Of a stretch of DNA of 64,000 nucleotides, positions 12,832-26,721 are shown in pieces (position 1 is the first letter of the stretch; every line of letters starts with the position of its first letter). The stretch covers positions 2,309,369-2,373,368 of the forward strand of contig BFEA01000031.1 in the NCBI GenBank assembly GCA_003427395.1. The letters run 5' to 3'. Source of the DNA: Chara braunii. Taxonomy: Eukaryota > Plantae > Charophyceae. A program made the position numbers and the translations under genes. The notes beneath the pieces are model-generated. The model made no database searches. It worked only from the letters and a program-made list of their open reading frames with translations, and was not told the origin of the DNA.

Positions 12832-12948
12832 TTTACACCAGATGGCAGAGTAACTATGGGTCCCAGCTCCCTGTCCTTCTCTTCTCTTCTCTTCTCCCCA
12901 GCCTCTTTCGCTTCTTCAATATTTGTGAAAACTTTTGGAACCTCAGAC
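12832..12948 (-). CDS. FKBP-type peptidyl-prolyl isomerase, internal exon A
   Basis: Acceptor gtttgacag|, donor |GTGAGC. Encodes xSEVPKVFTNIEEAKEAGEKRREEKDRELGPIVTLPSGVK (split codon AA|G). TLPSGVKY is a typical FKBP domain entry. Confidence 0.8.
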
Positions 12949-14639
12949 CTGTCAAACACTCCAATCAGCACACATTGGTCAGGTGATCAATACCATGTTG
13001 GCTTGCCAAGGGGCTAAGAACAGAGGGCAGCGACACATTTCTATATATTGTACACTATGCGTAAAGTCGACCAAGCTACGATGCTGGGAGAAACTTGCCA
13101 TGAAGCGTTCACAAATGCCAGCACATGTCAATATTTCCTTGAGGCCAGTTTATTGTGGGAATGCAGTTCAATGAACTTCAATCAAGTTCAATGGACATGG
13201 TCTAATGCCGAGGTCAATTTGGGAATTATACTCCCACTTACTTGAACATCTGACATCAACCATGGCCAGATTCAGTTGAGAAGGTCCTAGGGTGAACAAC
13301 CCCGTGGAAAAGGCGGAAAGAGGTGGGACCAATGTGCTATTCCAATATACCAGCACAGATTTATCGGAGTTTAAACCGCAAGTACATGGCCCCAGCCTTG
13401 CAGAAAGTTTTTGTCGCCACAAGCGAAAATCGGAGGGGCCGCGGGGCGTGGGGCATCGTTGGGAAAAAAAATTGGCGGCCTCCGAAGTGGTGTGGGTTTC
13501 GTCCTGACACCCGAGGGCCGATGTGTGGTGTACTGGTGCTTTAACATTCATGCACAAGGCTATTAGAAATTTAGAATTAAACAAAAACCATCTACCATGG
13601 GAATGAAACTCTTATTGGTCCGAAATGGCTACTGTTCCGTTGAATACACCGATTGTGATCGGTTCTAAAAACTTCCTATTTATTCAACCTCATGTCTCAG
13701 GATCCTTTTAAAGTTTTAACTTTTAAGTTTTAAGTTTTAAGCCTTTTTTTCTTTTTTCATAGAACACAGTCTTATGTTGGCATCTGCGTTCTATTCTGCG
13801 GAGTGTCAGTCCAGCCACTTTCGACCGGCAAGTGATTCAATTATAGTAATTATTATACACACTGTTCTGCATTGCGTATAACTGACACATATCACAGCCA
13901 GCACGGCTGCCACATGCCAAGAACATGGAAGCAGGGTGGTCATAGTCTACCTGAGCAATGTAGAAGCAGGCCTGCTCTGCTGAGAGGAGATGGCAGTGGA
14001 GAATGCGGCGGACGGGAGCAGAAAAAAACTACCATCACGGACATCAAAACATATACTTCCATGAATCCATCACACACTGTTGTAATGCTTGCGTCAATGG
14101 GAATGCTGATCAGACATGATCACACACTGTCGTAATGCTTGCGTCAATGGGAATGCTGATCAGACATGATCCAAACATTACCTGGGTCGTCACAAGGTGG
14201 CAGCAAATGCCCAGTTTCTGGGGCTCGTATCTGTGTTGGGGCCGCTCCAAAGAAAGGGTGTTAGAGAGTTGCAGGATCGGGTCCACCACTCTACATCCAG
14301 AGAGCGTGACAGCCTGTCGGTATTCTGCACTGTACATGACTCATGTAGCCGCCATTCAGCATCCTGCTTGGATTTCTGACTCGTGTCACTGTTCTGGCTC
14401 CAATTTGGACTCCAGTATCAGTGCATTACATGCTGTTGATAGAACAAACCCTATCATCACCTTTATATCATGCCTGCAGGGTCTGACTGCCTTGATTCTG
14501 CTGCTGCCCATGCTCCTGTTATCACACCTTCTGCACCCCCCAGACTGCAAGTTTCATGATATAGCAGATGCGTGTGTGGGCACTTCCCCTCAACAATACA
14601 GATCTAGGGCACTTGAAGCTAGTGCAGAAAAGAAAAGTA

Positions 14640-14772
<133 letters not shown>

Positions 14773-15777
14773 GGAAACAGAGCCAGTGTCCCTTTCGTCT
14801 TGCCCTTTTTTTCTTGTCCCTCCACTTGTGTGTATCACTTCTGAGCAGCAACTAATGCTCTAATCTCCTCTGTATTGTAGCCATCGCTCCAGTTTCAATG
14901 GTATGTTCCAAAACTTCCGAAGGATGCCACGAGCCGTGCTTATCTCGACTGTATTGCAGCTATCATTCCAATTTCAATTGACATCCCAACGATGCCCTTC
15001 CTCCAGCCGTCCATCCTTCCTCCCTGCTATTTTCCTCACATTTGATTTGCAACCATGCTCCAACATTCCTTGGTTGAGACATCATGACTAGTATTTTTCC
15101 CCGAAGACAACACGCCCTCGTCATGACTGTATCTGTCGGTAAAAAAATACTAAAAATAGATGGTATACATTCATGAGCAGGGTGTTTGTTGCCTTCTTGG
15201 CAATATGGTAGCAAATTCACTGCGTTTATCCTCTTGGTTGGCCATTCATTTACACGACAAACTAGCAGTGAGAAGGGCCCTAGGGTGCTCCATGACTGTT
15301 GCCGAGGTGGTCCAGGAATGTACCCACCAGCCACATCAGGGGCAGTCATGGACTGCCTGGCCACCTCAGGGTCAGTCATGGACTAACAGGTGATCTCAGG
15401 GCCCTCCTCACTGCTACTTTTATCAGGGGAGCCTTCCATAAGGCTGGTCTATGAAGCCACCTCGTCAGCTGCCTGCATGCACCTTTGGAAGCATGGACCC
15501 ATTCGGCACATTCGCCATCGTGACTTGTGACAGAGATTGGAAGCCACAGCAAAATAGCAAGAGATCAAGAAGAAATCCACTCAGAGCAGCGACTTGCCGT
15601 GAGATGAGCTGACAGTTCGCATGCGGCCAAATTCAATAATGTTACAGTTTCCCCTCACAAAGGAAAAGGCAAGAACAAATGCCTTACTCTTCTTTGTGGA
15701 GACACAGACCACACAGAACGGAGGTAAATTGAATGCAAGTGACAATGATACAGAGATAACAGTCAGATAAACAGCAG

Positions 15778-15834
<57 letters not shown>

Positions 15835-16938
15835 GTGTGTGGGCACTTCCCGCTCAACGACACAAACGTGGGAAACCTTGCACCTTCTATTATATTGCTT
15901 ATCTATACTTTCCTTGTTTATGGATGATTTGTGATGGTACAAGGATGGATTGAGAGAGAGAGAGAGAGAGTGTTTGGGGATCTTGACTAACACACACACA
16001 TGCACACCCCCCCCACACCCTCACACCTTCTCCTGTCCCCCCCCTCCCCACAGACTCACATATACAGAGTGAAATGATGAAGACAGAAACTTCTCTCACT
16101 CAATGATATGCACGCATTGCCACCTTGACTTCCGTGAAAGCAGAAAAGCAGCATCGTGTCACAATCAGCATATATACACATACCTCGCAGTTTGGGAGGC
16201 ACTCGTGGTTCCCGAACTCGCCAATCCCATTGCGACACCAATCAATGAGGCAATAGCATGTCTTCTTTGAAGCCCCTGACATATTCCAGCAATTACCTCC
16301 TGACCCCTGCAATTACCTGACTGCCATGGAAAAGAGACACAAAGGTTACCTCCCATCATCCTCCGTAATTTGTCTATCAGCATCTGTAATGGGTAGTCTT
16401 TGGCAGATAAAAATGCAAAGCAAGAGTCAAGAGGGAGATGGCAGTGAGGATGAGGTTGTAGCTGTGAATTCACGCTTGAAAGAACTTCCTACATGTTAGG
16501 AAACACCATTCTGAGTACACGTGGAAAAACTCTGAAGACCAAACCTGAAAGCTTTGAGATCAACCAAACACTGAAGACAGGGGAAGCCCGGGGGGCAATG
16601 CAGCAATGCGTCATCATCTGCATGTCCAAGTTCCCTACTCGCTGACAGGGTCTCGTCACATTCACATACAGCTGGGCTGGTAGAATTTAGCACCTCTATT
16701 GGAACTGTGAAAATTGGCCCGTTGTCCAAATTGGCCGACCCTCTGGAACTGGCCCCAAGGAGAAGACAACACTAACCTATAGCGAGTGCCCCAGGCTTCA
16801 GGCTTAGACCCTTTTTCTAATTTCAAAATTCAAATCCAATTTCTAAATCAAATTTTCCTTCTAGTCTGGGCCAGCAGTCGAATGCGTAACTAAACCACCA
16901 CTTAATGCCAGCTCCTCATTCTTCTTGTAGGGAACCCC

Positions 16939-17046
16939 TACCGTCTTCACCCGAATAGAACGCCCTGTCATTATAGCTGTATTTGGGGCATTCTTCAGTC
17001 TGAGGTGCAGCAATAATCACCGGGCGTTGTATTCCGGTGAAGACCA
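16939..17046. mobile_element. Hairpin MITE of about 110 bp, same family
   Basis: TA-ccgtcttcacccgaatagaacgccc...gggcgttgtattccggtgaagac. Confidence 0.8.
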
Positions 17047-19250
17047 CAAATGATGGGGTTCCCAACAAGAATGAGAACACAGACCACACAAAGGACACAG
17101 TTTTCTCTCTGTGGTTCGAGTTGGGAGTACCAAGAGTGATTTTTTCTCTTTGAAGCTCTGTTCAACTTCAGGATGCCCTTAGGGTATGTTGTGTGAGAGA
17201 GAGTGAAAAACAAACAAACAAACAAACAAAAAAATAGCGGTTCTTCGCTGTATTTCTGTCCCGATAGGGGAATATCAAGATTGACATGGATCAGGAATTC
17301 CTCCTCAGTGTGCCACCACAGCCCCATGACCACCTTTCCCCTCCCCCCCCGAAAAAGAAACAGCCTTAAGCCAACCGTACATGGCCCCAGCCAACCTGAG
17401 AATCACGATTGGGCCTCTCCGAAAAAAATCGGAGGCTTGGGGCAACCAGACCAAAATGGCTGGCAGCACCAGGCAAAAAAAAACAAAAACGCCGTGCTGG
17501 TGTTCAGCATTGGTGTGCAGTGGGAATACGTCTCGTACAAAACAGGGTCGTCGCTTCCAGCCGTAACGACAGAATTAACCCATCATCCAACCACCAGATA
17601 GCTAGTGGCAATGGCGTAAGACATTTCGACCATACCATCCATGTCAAATAGCTAATTGATCTTTTTCATGTGCTACGTTATGGGTCTCTGTTAGTTGAGG
17701 AAGATCACGACTCTGAAATAACTTTCTGTTTTTTATTGAGAAGTATACTTGAAACGGTTTTCACCTTTTAGCCGATGCAGATCCCAGGGCTCGATCTCTA
17801 GACCTTACCCTACCGTGTACAGTACCTGTGTAGACCCCGAGAGTTGAACCCGTGACCTGTGTATTCGTAAGCAACCGGTAGGCTGTCATAGGTCCGTAGG
17901 TTGTAGGGGTTCGATCTGTAGGTCTGTCGAACAGAAGTCTCAGTGAAGTCTAGAAGTCCTAGCTGTAGTCTTCTAGAAGGTTGGCAAGTGGGCAAGTGGG
18001 CAAGTGGTACGCCAAGTGGTGGACTAACTGCAGTACGATTGCAGTAAGACCTCAGTAGGTTAGCAGTGAGTCTCCAAGCAGTCAGCGGTGCAGTCCAGTC
18101 AGTCCCAGTCCGGTCCAGCAAGCACCATGAGGGACTGTGTGCACCATGGGCCGATGGAAAGGGGCAGACCAACGAGCTTCAGAAGTATAAATCAAGAGGC
18201 AGCGCCCAGCCATCCATTCACTCCTGCGTGAGCCATGCGGAAGCGCTGCCACAGCGACTTGTGCAAGAAGGTCTGCAGTGAGCCCGGAGCTGAAGTGGGC
18301 GAGAGAGGAGCGTAGCATAGCGATAGGGTAGAGGTGGCCATAGCCACCATAGCTGTAGTTAGTATTCAGCATGTGTGTGTGTGAGTGCAGAGTAACGCGT
18401 GTGGGATATCCAGGGTGATCCGGTGTATGCCAACAGTGAGTTGTTTGGGCGCTAAGTCGCCAGAGCCATTGAAAGTGAACTCGTATCTGGGTTGCCATAT
18501 CTCTGAGTTTTGAGTGGGCGCATGTCGCCAGTTTGCTGCGCTACTGTTTGCATGCATGAAAGGTGTGAATGAAAGCGAGTCTGATTGCATACTAGTATAA
18601 TCATATTATAATGATATAAATTCTAATAAATTTTTGTAAGTTATTTGATTTTTCAGAATATTTGAGGTGTACTGAAGGTTATCCCCATAGAACCAACACT
18701 AAAGAATGTATATCCAGGTTTAATGATAGGCTTACAGTGGCATGCTCCAAGCCAAGTTTCCATTGGTCACAATGTTGAAATTTACATTGCAATAAAAAGC
18801 AATATAAGTGGCAATATTGACTGCAATAATTCCAAAATGGCCCACAATAAAACTTATAAAAGTTATAGAACCATATTGAATTTCGCTCTTGCACATTTTG
18901 CCATGATTTGGCCATAATCTGGACAAAATTGTCATCACATAGATGAGTTGGTGAAACTCCGACGAAACAGTCTGTCACAGCCCCTTGTTTGTTGTCCTCT
19001 TCTCCTTCCTGGGCTATGGTTCCCTGGGCAGTTCTCTATCATGATACATCCTAGAAACTGCTCGCTTGAGTATGGCATTGCCCCAAGTGGCATTAATGAT
19101 CATTTACCAGCTCAACCACAGGCCTCAGCTGAAAAAAAAAACATCGGGATCCTGTGGCAACCACATAATCATTGCAGCTGCCAGGCAAGAGGGCCATCGG
19201 TAATTGACCTAGTGTACCGGATGCAGTATCCCAGAGTGCGACGGAAAAAG

Positions 19251-19305
<55 letters not shown>

Positions 19306-20140
19306 TCCATTAATGACAATACCAGTGCATTGTTTCTACACGGGATTCTCTGCCAAGTACTACGGCTATTAGTTGGCATGAGCTGTTTCTACAACAGGTT
19401 CAATAATGGCACTTCGTCGGCATACTGTCACAGATATACCAGCTAGGCATAATGCGGACTTTGCAAAGGCATGCCATTGCCTAGGGCAAGGAAGCGAATT
19501 CAACTTTTCTGTTCACTGACAATGTTCCAAGACAATAGAATCAGACCCATAGCATTGAAGTGGTGCCTTTTCTTCTTGGCCCTTCCAAAACAGGTTGTGC
19601 AATCCCTGTTTCGATCTGGTTTTGGTTCAATAAGGAAAATGCCTCACTGAAAGCTTTGGAGCTGCTGGCTACTGTTGGTTAATATGTGCACATCATGGAT
19701 CAGGGGTTTCAAACGGCATGCAAACAAAGGCATGCAAGCAACTGCAAAGCCATTTTTTTGGGGTTCTCCTTTCCTATTTCTATACATGCACATTGCCGTC
19801 AATTGGACCTACCTTATCCAACTTTCACTGCTTACAAAGTGTAGCATACAACAACTTGTAGCTTATGCAGATGCAGGTTTCCCAGAGTCATTTTTTTTCA
19901 ATCTCTTTAAAAGGTTCCCCTTCAATATGATTTATTTTATCTGCCTAGGGATTTGGGTTCCATCTGAATTCTCAACTACTGTAGTACATACATCGGGTGA
20001 AGGGCTTACTAGTCGATTGCCAGCACATTCAGGACAATGCCACACTGGTACTATGTTTGTTCGATGTTTGTTCTTAAAAAGCATGATCCCCTGATCTTAA
20101 TAGTGGCCAGGTTCATGCTTTCTCAGCACAAACAATGCAC

Positions 20141-21271
20141 CTGTTGGGCCTGGCCCTTAGGTACTTCACACTCATTGGTACGTACCATGGCCACATTCCT
20201 TGTCTCCTCCACATATGCTGTGACGGGATCCATTCCTGCTTGACTGAAGGCAATTACAGTCCCAAGCTGCTGCTCCTGTTGCTGCTGCTTATGCAGGTGC
20301 TGTGTGTAGAACGGCATGCGACTTTTATCATCATCAAGGTGGTGATGATGGCCATTGTCTGGATGAGCTGCTTCGGGACCACCATCTTCAGGCTGCGTCC
20401 CCACCTCACAACTTGTTGTCTGGTGATTGACTAGCACTGTCCAGCATCTCTCCTGGTTTGCTCGGTCGTGAGTGATTTGAGAGCCAGCTGCTTCTCTCCC
20501 ACAAACCTGCGATCGCAATACCCTCAAGGGCCTCAACCAGGAAAAGAGTGGAAATTGTCTTCTATTAACATCAACATCAAGATCACACATGTTCAGCTTG
20601 CCACAGCAACTGGTAGCGAGGCTGCCGTGCAAAGACAACCCATCCTTGCGCACCTGACGTTCGGCCACACTGCCGTCCAACCTCAGCTTCTGCATCGTGG
20701 TAACCCCACCGCGACTCGTCATATCTGCTCCTTGGATGACTGCCTGCATCATTGAAGAAGATCGGCAGTTGATCGCCACCCTCCGTCTCCTCTTCCTCTG
20801 CCTCCCCCTCGCATTGCTCCCAAGCAAATACTGCAGTTGACAGCAACTCACAGCCCTTCCGAACTTCACCTTCAACGTGTTGCCCGTCAGCAATCTCGAG
20901 GTCACAAACTTGGATGTGTGGGCATTAACGAATTCACTAGTCAATTGACAGTATGGCATGTGAACAAACCCTGCGTCCATCGGCTGCAATGCTTGGTTAT
21001 AAGAGTAGTGTGAACCGGTCCATAAAAATGAAACCGGCGGTCTTCGTTTCACTGGACGATGCACTCCGCGTGCAGGACCTGCGCAGATTGCAGGACAGGC
21101 TGAAGAGGACGACAAAAATGAACCTGGTGTCAGTATTGCTGCACAATGCACTCCACTTGCAGGACCTACAGATATTGCAGACCACCCCAGAAGACATCCA
21201 TTCCAAAGAGTAGCAGAAGGGCTGTAATTGGAGAAGGTGATCATCTGCTGCAACAACAACGCCTGCAACAT
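20141..21271 (-). CDS. Possible long low-complexity coding exon (unknown; may be an N-terminal exon of the FKBP gene or of another gene)
   Basis: 382-codon open frame in non-repeat DNA, S/R-rich with His and Gln runs, ending near a CAG|GTGCAT donor. No recognisable domain. Confidence 0.35.
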
Positions 21272-21850
21272 GGTGCCACTGGACTCTGTCTACAACCCTT
21301 AGGCGGTGAGAATACTACACTTAGTCTAGCTGCTTTAGTCACACGCCGAAACTGCATCAGTGCCTTGAAGGTGGCCGGCGCAGAGTTGACGCCACGGAAT
21401 TGTCTGCTGGATTGACTGTGAACCCCTTGAGACTACGACGCCTTGTACACCACAATGCCACACCTGTCATTATCTTACAATTTCTTCTCAGAATTAACTC
21501 AGCTCGCCAGGAAGTGCGAGGAGTGCCTGCAGCAGAACCGGTCAGCCAGGGGCGAAAAAACAAACAAACAGTCAGAAAAGGATGCCTGTTAGCAGCCATA
21601 TCCGAGGGCGGGGAGGGGTAACCGTGCAAATGTCTTGGGCCGTTTGGCCATTTGTTGACAAAAGAATCTTGTTATAACTGTAAGAAGGGCGGTACTCATC
21701 CTTGGACTTTTCTTGGCAGACCCATGAAATCAACTCTGAGAATTTGCCTGGGGATGCAGGGACTTTTATTGGCAGACCGATGATACACTCTGCCAGAAAG
21801 GCTGCCAGTCATAGGCACATCCATGAAATTATCTGAAGTAAACATGACCA

Positions 21851-21923
21851 ACTGGACTAGCTCAGTTGGTAGACCCATGTGCTGTTAAAAATACAGACCT
21901 CAGTTCGAATTCCAATCGAACCA
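21851..21923 (+). pseudogene. Degenerate tRNA-Asn(GTT)-like sequence
   Basis: ACTGGAC-TAGCTCAGTTGGTAGA..CT-GTT-AA..GTTCGAATTCC. A and B boxes present, stems broken. Confidence 0.55.
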
Positions 21924-22013
21924 GATGAGGGGAAACAACTCTGCGAATTTACCTGCGGCCGATCAGTTGGAAGATGATACCTCAAGGTTGTCACCCTTTT
22001 AAAAATCAAAAAT

Positions 22014-22092
<79 letters not shown>

Positions 22093-22179
22093 AACAGGAA
22101 AATAACTCAAAAAATAAGAAACCGATTCCGGGTAAAAAAGAGAATGATGATGACATTCGTAAACAGAGATTTGCTTTAC

Positions 22180-22267
22180 ATACCTTTCTTGGCCTTTTGG
22201 CTAAGATCAAGCGTAGTGTCTGTTATGATAAGTTTAATATCTATTAATCTGTGGTCCATCGGTTAAC
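22180..22267 (+). pseudogene. U2: U2 snRNA 5' fragment retrocopy
   Basis: ATACCTTTCTTGGCCTTTTGGCTAAGATCAAGCGTAGTGTCTGTT..AGTTTAATATCT..GTGGTCCATCGG matches the plant U2 5' end. No Sm site. Flanking direct repeat agatttgctt. Confidence 0.88.
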
Positions 22268-23114
22268 AGATTTGCTTCATAATGCAAGTAGATTACGCCA
22301 CCTGTGGTCCTTGCAAAAGCTCCCAGTGAACCACACATAGGCCAGTAGCACCCCAGCCTTGAGCCTGAATCATGGTACAAGCAGTTCTTGATAAACAGAT
22401 CAAGAGTTCTAAACCTGATGGATGGATGCAATAATATCCGGGGAAAATCCCTTCAAGGAAAACGGAAAAAGAGAAGGCTAGTAGTGCCAGCGAGCCCAAG
22501 GGCATCTACTACCAGCAAGAAGGGAAACTGTTCCCACTACCGCCTTCCCCCGAGCAGAACGTACCCTCGTCATGACTGTACCCGGACGGAAAGACAGCTC
22601 GTATACATTCGGAGAAAACGGGGGTGGGTTCTGCTAGGGCGAAGTCGGTAGTCACTAGGGGAGATACGGTGCTTGGATCGTATACATTCAGAACGGGGTT
22701 GGGTGGTGTTTGGACAATAATGACGGCCGCAATTGAATTGTTTTCGTTATTTGAGGATTCGACTTGTTTTCGGGGATCCATAATTACATAAAAACACATA
22801 AAAAAATATTAAAAAAGAAAAAAAGAACAAAAAAAAAACACATAACCAAAGGAATTGCGTGAACTATGTGCATTGATCTAGTTGAGGCATTTTACCTCCT
22901 CACTTATTACTGCTCCAAGGGCACTGCCGTTCTAATTAAACCCGTTCTAATTACGGTAAACGGCAATTTGGGCGGGAGGTGGAGTGTGCGATGTAGTGGG
23001 GGGGAGGAGGAGGTTCGGGGAACGAGAGAGTAGGGGAAGGAGGGGGATCCAGGCAAAGAGAGGAGGCTCCGCTTGGCACCAACGACTTCCCTCGACATTA
23101 GAGCGCATTGTGTA

Positions 23115-23480
23115 TGTCGAGTACAGGATTCGATCACACAACTCTGGGCTCGGCAGGCAAACACCTAACCATAAGGCTTAGCGGGCTGGGGTGAAAGTAG
23201 AAGCCCCAAGATAAGCACTTCACCCCAACCCAGCACGGAGATCCCGCGACACGGTGTACCCAACCACACTCATCCTACACAGCCACACTTCCCATAGTAC
23301 AATCTCTACGGCAGTCACACTGCGTGAAAGAACCCGAATGGGGAATACAGGACTCGAACACACAACTCTGGGCTCTGCAGACAAACACCTAGTAACCATA
23401 AGCCTAAGTGGCCTGGGGTGAAAGTGAAGCCCCAAGATGAGCACTTCCCTTCCCCACCCCAGCACGGAGATCCCGCGACG
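23115..23480 (-). mobile_element. Two direct repeats of about 137 bp, each with a tRNA-Cys-like Pol III head (tandem SINE or TRIM-like)
   Basis: 23115-23251 resembles 23339-23480. Minus strand has TTTGTCT-GCA-GA..GTTCGAGTCC. The first repeat is bounded by TGTCG...CGACA. Confidence 0.55.
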
Positions 23481-24174
23481 GCCATGGGCACTAATTATAT
23501 CGGACGCAACAAAGCTTTGAGGCAGATGCAACAAAGATTTCCGTAAACTTGCGGAACTTTCTTTGTTCACAGTGTGATTGAGGACAGGCAAATTATCTGG
23601 CAAAATTGGGCTACAAACTGGGAGAAAGAAACCAGACAGAATATCAATGCCACGAGTAATCATTGATAATCATCTGACCTACCCTTGGCCCGTTTCACAA
23701 TGTTGGAAAAACTGCAATCCACGGGCGTTTTCTTTCTTTTTCCAACTATGTTTTGTAGTGACAAGAAAAACCTCAAAGAATTAACGAAATCACTGCTCTA
23801 CATTTTCATACAACCCCGCAACGCCCCTGCCTTACGTTCGCGGGGGTCGAAGGTTCCCAGTTTTGAACCGAGAGAGGAACTATTACAGTAACTTAGACTA
23901 TGAAACTATGGAAATTCACCGCCATCAGTAACAAAACCAGCTCGCCATCAGCACAATCTAGTAACTAGTTGAGGAGCAAAGAAAGGGTCCCATTGCGCTA
24001 CAAATCGCTTCGTACAATCATATAGCATAGTACGTGATACCCGCCTAATTTGGCCTTTATCAAATGTATCTTGAATGCTGGCGAAATGCCAACATAATAA
24101 CATGCTTTAATGTCCATTGCGAATAAAACCTTCATCGACCGTTCAAATGTCAAACAGCAATAACCTCCTCCTAC

Positions 24175-24283
24175 TACCTTCTTCCCCCGAATACAACGTA
24201 CGGTCATTATAGCTGTATTTGAGGCATCTTTCAGTCCAGATACAGCTATAATGACCGTACGTTGTATTCGGGGGAACAAGGTA
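24175..24283. mobile_element. Hairpin MITE of about 110 bp, same family
   Basis: Near-perfect palindrome of about 45 bp per arm, flanked by TA. Confidence 0.85.
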
Positions 24284-25716
24284 CTCTTCCCCCTCCTCCT
24301 CCTCCTCTTCTTCTTCTTCTTCTTCTTCTTCTTAGTTGCGCGTTTCAAACTGAGAGCTGTACATGCGGAGAAGTAATGCATATATGTCGATGCTTGTACG
24401 AGAAGCAGTCTATGGCCACTGTTTTTCCACTGTTGTTCTTCTTCTTCTTCTTCTGCTGCTGCTGCTGCTGCTGGTGCTGCTGCTGCTGCTGGTGCCGGTG
24501 CTGCTGCTAGTGCTGGTGCTGCTGCTGGTACTGGTGCTGGTGCTCCTATCTCTCTTTGTCGCTGTTGTAATTGTTGTTGCTGCCGCTGCTGCTGTAACCC
24601 TTTGTTTTTGTTGCAGCTATTGTCGGTTGTTGTGGTTGTTCTCGTTGCTTCTTCTTCTTCTTCTTCTTCTACATCCGTGGCGGAAAGTTAGGTGGATGCG
24701 GGAGTGTGGTCGGCCCCTTGATGAGTGCTGGAGCGCAACCAGCCGAAACGCGTCGGGGAATGTGCGCGGTTTTTTGGATGTTTGCTCGTGATGGTGCTGT
24801 AACGACTTTCGTACGTGCATGAGCGCATAGCGTTGGCCTCGCTATCTCCTTCTTCTTCTTCTTCTCCTCCTCATCTTGCTTGCTTAATGGCACACTCGCA
24901 CTTTGGACTTTACCGAGTGTTAATCACGGCTAAACTCAGTGTACATACCACTAACGTTAGTAGGCGGTTGCTGCTGCTCTCCATACTATTGTTGCCTAAA
25001 GGCAACCTAACGGCATACTCGCACTTCGACCCACGATTACCGAATGGCGATGCCATTCATCACGATCGAGATGCGGATACACAGTCGGTGGTATGCCGCA
25101 GATACTACGCGTCAGCGCTTCCACCAGTAGTTCCCCATTCCAATTGGTTCAAAACAAGAACACAAAAAAAAGACGGAATTGTTGGATTTTTCAAGCCCAC
25201 GGTTTCTCCGTCATGCGCACGAAGATGCCACGAACCCCCTCCCCTCCCATTCTCACTTCCCCCCTTTCCCTCCTTCTCCTCCCCCCCGGCCGGGCACCCT
25301 TCACCTCCCTTACTATTTGCGCATCTTATCCGTGCGCACAAGACCGAATCTACAGCCTATGCCCATTCCCATTTAGTTGCCCGTGGCCAAGTCCCATTAG
25401 CAGGAGTTTGGTTTCGATTCCTGTAACGATGCGGCACGGTGCGGCGGGGGGTGGCACCGTGTGACACCATTTCGAAGCTGTTTTTAGGAATTCAGAAAAT
25501 TGTGTAGAAGGGTCCTGCACTGATGACAACATGCCAGGAGTTCCGGGAGTGCACGTCGTTGGGCGTTGCTCCACCTCACCAAATGTGGAAAATGAGAATG
25601 TATTTTACGCCTGTACATGGGAAAATACATCACCATAGTTTTTGCCTTTCGTGTGTGTGGTGAGAAGCGCCAAAGGCTGTAGAGTGGACGTCCACGCACA
25701 AAGCATGTGCGTGTGT

Positions 25717-25756
<40 letters not shown>

Positions 25757-25757
25757 N

Positions 25758-25825
<68 letters not shown>

Positions 25826-26640
25826 CAGTCTGCTCAGACTGACACACTCTTCTCACGATTTTTAACAAATTCTCGCCCTTACCAATTTCCGAACTGGTTT
25901 TGATTCCTGACCCATCAAAACACGACAGGTCAGGAATGAAAACCCCTCCAACGATGAGAAAGAATTCCTAGCACAGTTGATGGCAAATGAAAGGGTAAGA
26001 AAAATGTACCGTCCTACTATTCGCAGGCAACAAAATTAGGACCGTCCGATCCCTTTGCTACCTGCGGCTGAAAAGAGTCACACACACGAACGCTCCTCAT
26101 TCCTATACTTTTGTGACCGCTAGTGGGACTTGCCCCCCGGTGTTGTCCAAAGGGAACCGGCAATTGATCTTTACTTCATTCTACTATTTTGAGGCGGGGC
26201 CTGGTTTTGGGTCTGGTGAGGGGTCGGGGAGAGAGGGCCGTAAGATGCGGCTCCTCCGTTTGAAATTGTGAGCTTATTAGCCACAACTACGATGCAGCTG
26301 GGCTTCTGCTCGTCCAGGTGCAGATCATGCACGAGGGTTGCACAAGGTGCGTAATTGTTTTTTTCGTGACCGAAATGCTCCAACACCAATCATAGTTCAG
26401 CAGGCCTGCTGGTAGGAGGGGCGTATTCCTCTAAGCGAGTCATGTGCGCTCATTTGTGGCCTGCTTTAGCTAGGTTGATTTCACGACATGAATTTTAGCG
26501 AGTCACGTGCCCTCATTTGCGTCCAAATTCATGTCAGGCAGCGGTCGTGTGAGAATGCCCTAGGTTACCCTTGGAACATGTGGACCACGCAGTAGAAACA
26601 GAGAACGGAAAAAGAAGCAAACGCAAAAAAAAACACAATG

Positions 26641-26721
26641 GTGCCCTTCGGGACATCCGTTAAAATTTTGGAACGACATAGAGAAGATTAGTATGGCCCC
26701 TGCGCAAGGATGACACTCGTA
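26641..26721 (+). pseudogene. U6: 3'-truncated U6 copy
   Basis: GTGCCCTTCGGGACATCCGTTAAAATTTTGGAACGACATAGAGAAGATTAGTATGGCCCCTGCGCAAGGATGACAC followed by an A-rich tail. Confidence 0.9.

Noticed and set aside
17825-17890. tRNA on the minus strand (GGTTCAACTC)
   Set aside because: Only a T-arm-like segment, with no A box or cloverleaf.
24363-24791. Hydrophobic membrane protein or polyQ ORF
   Set aside because: CTT/CTG/GTT microsatellite translation.
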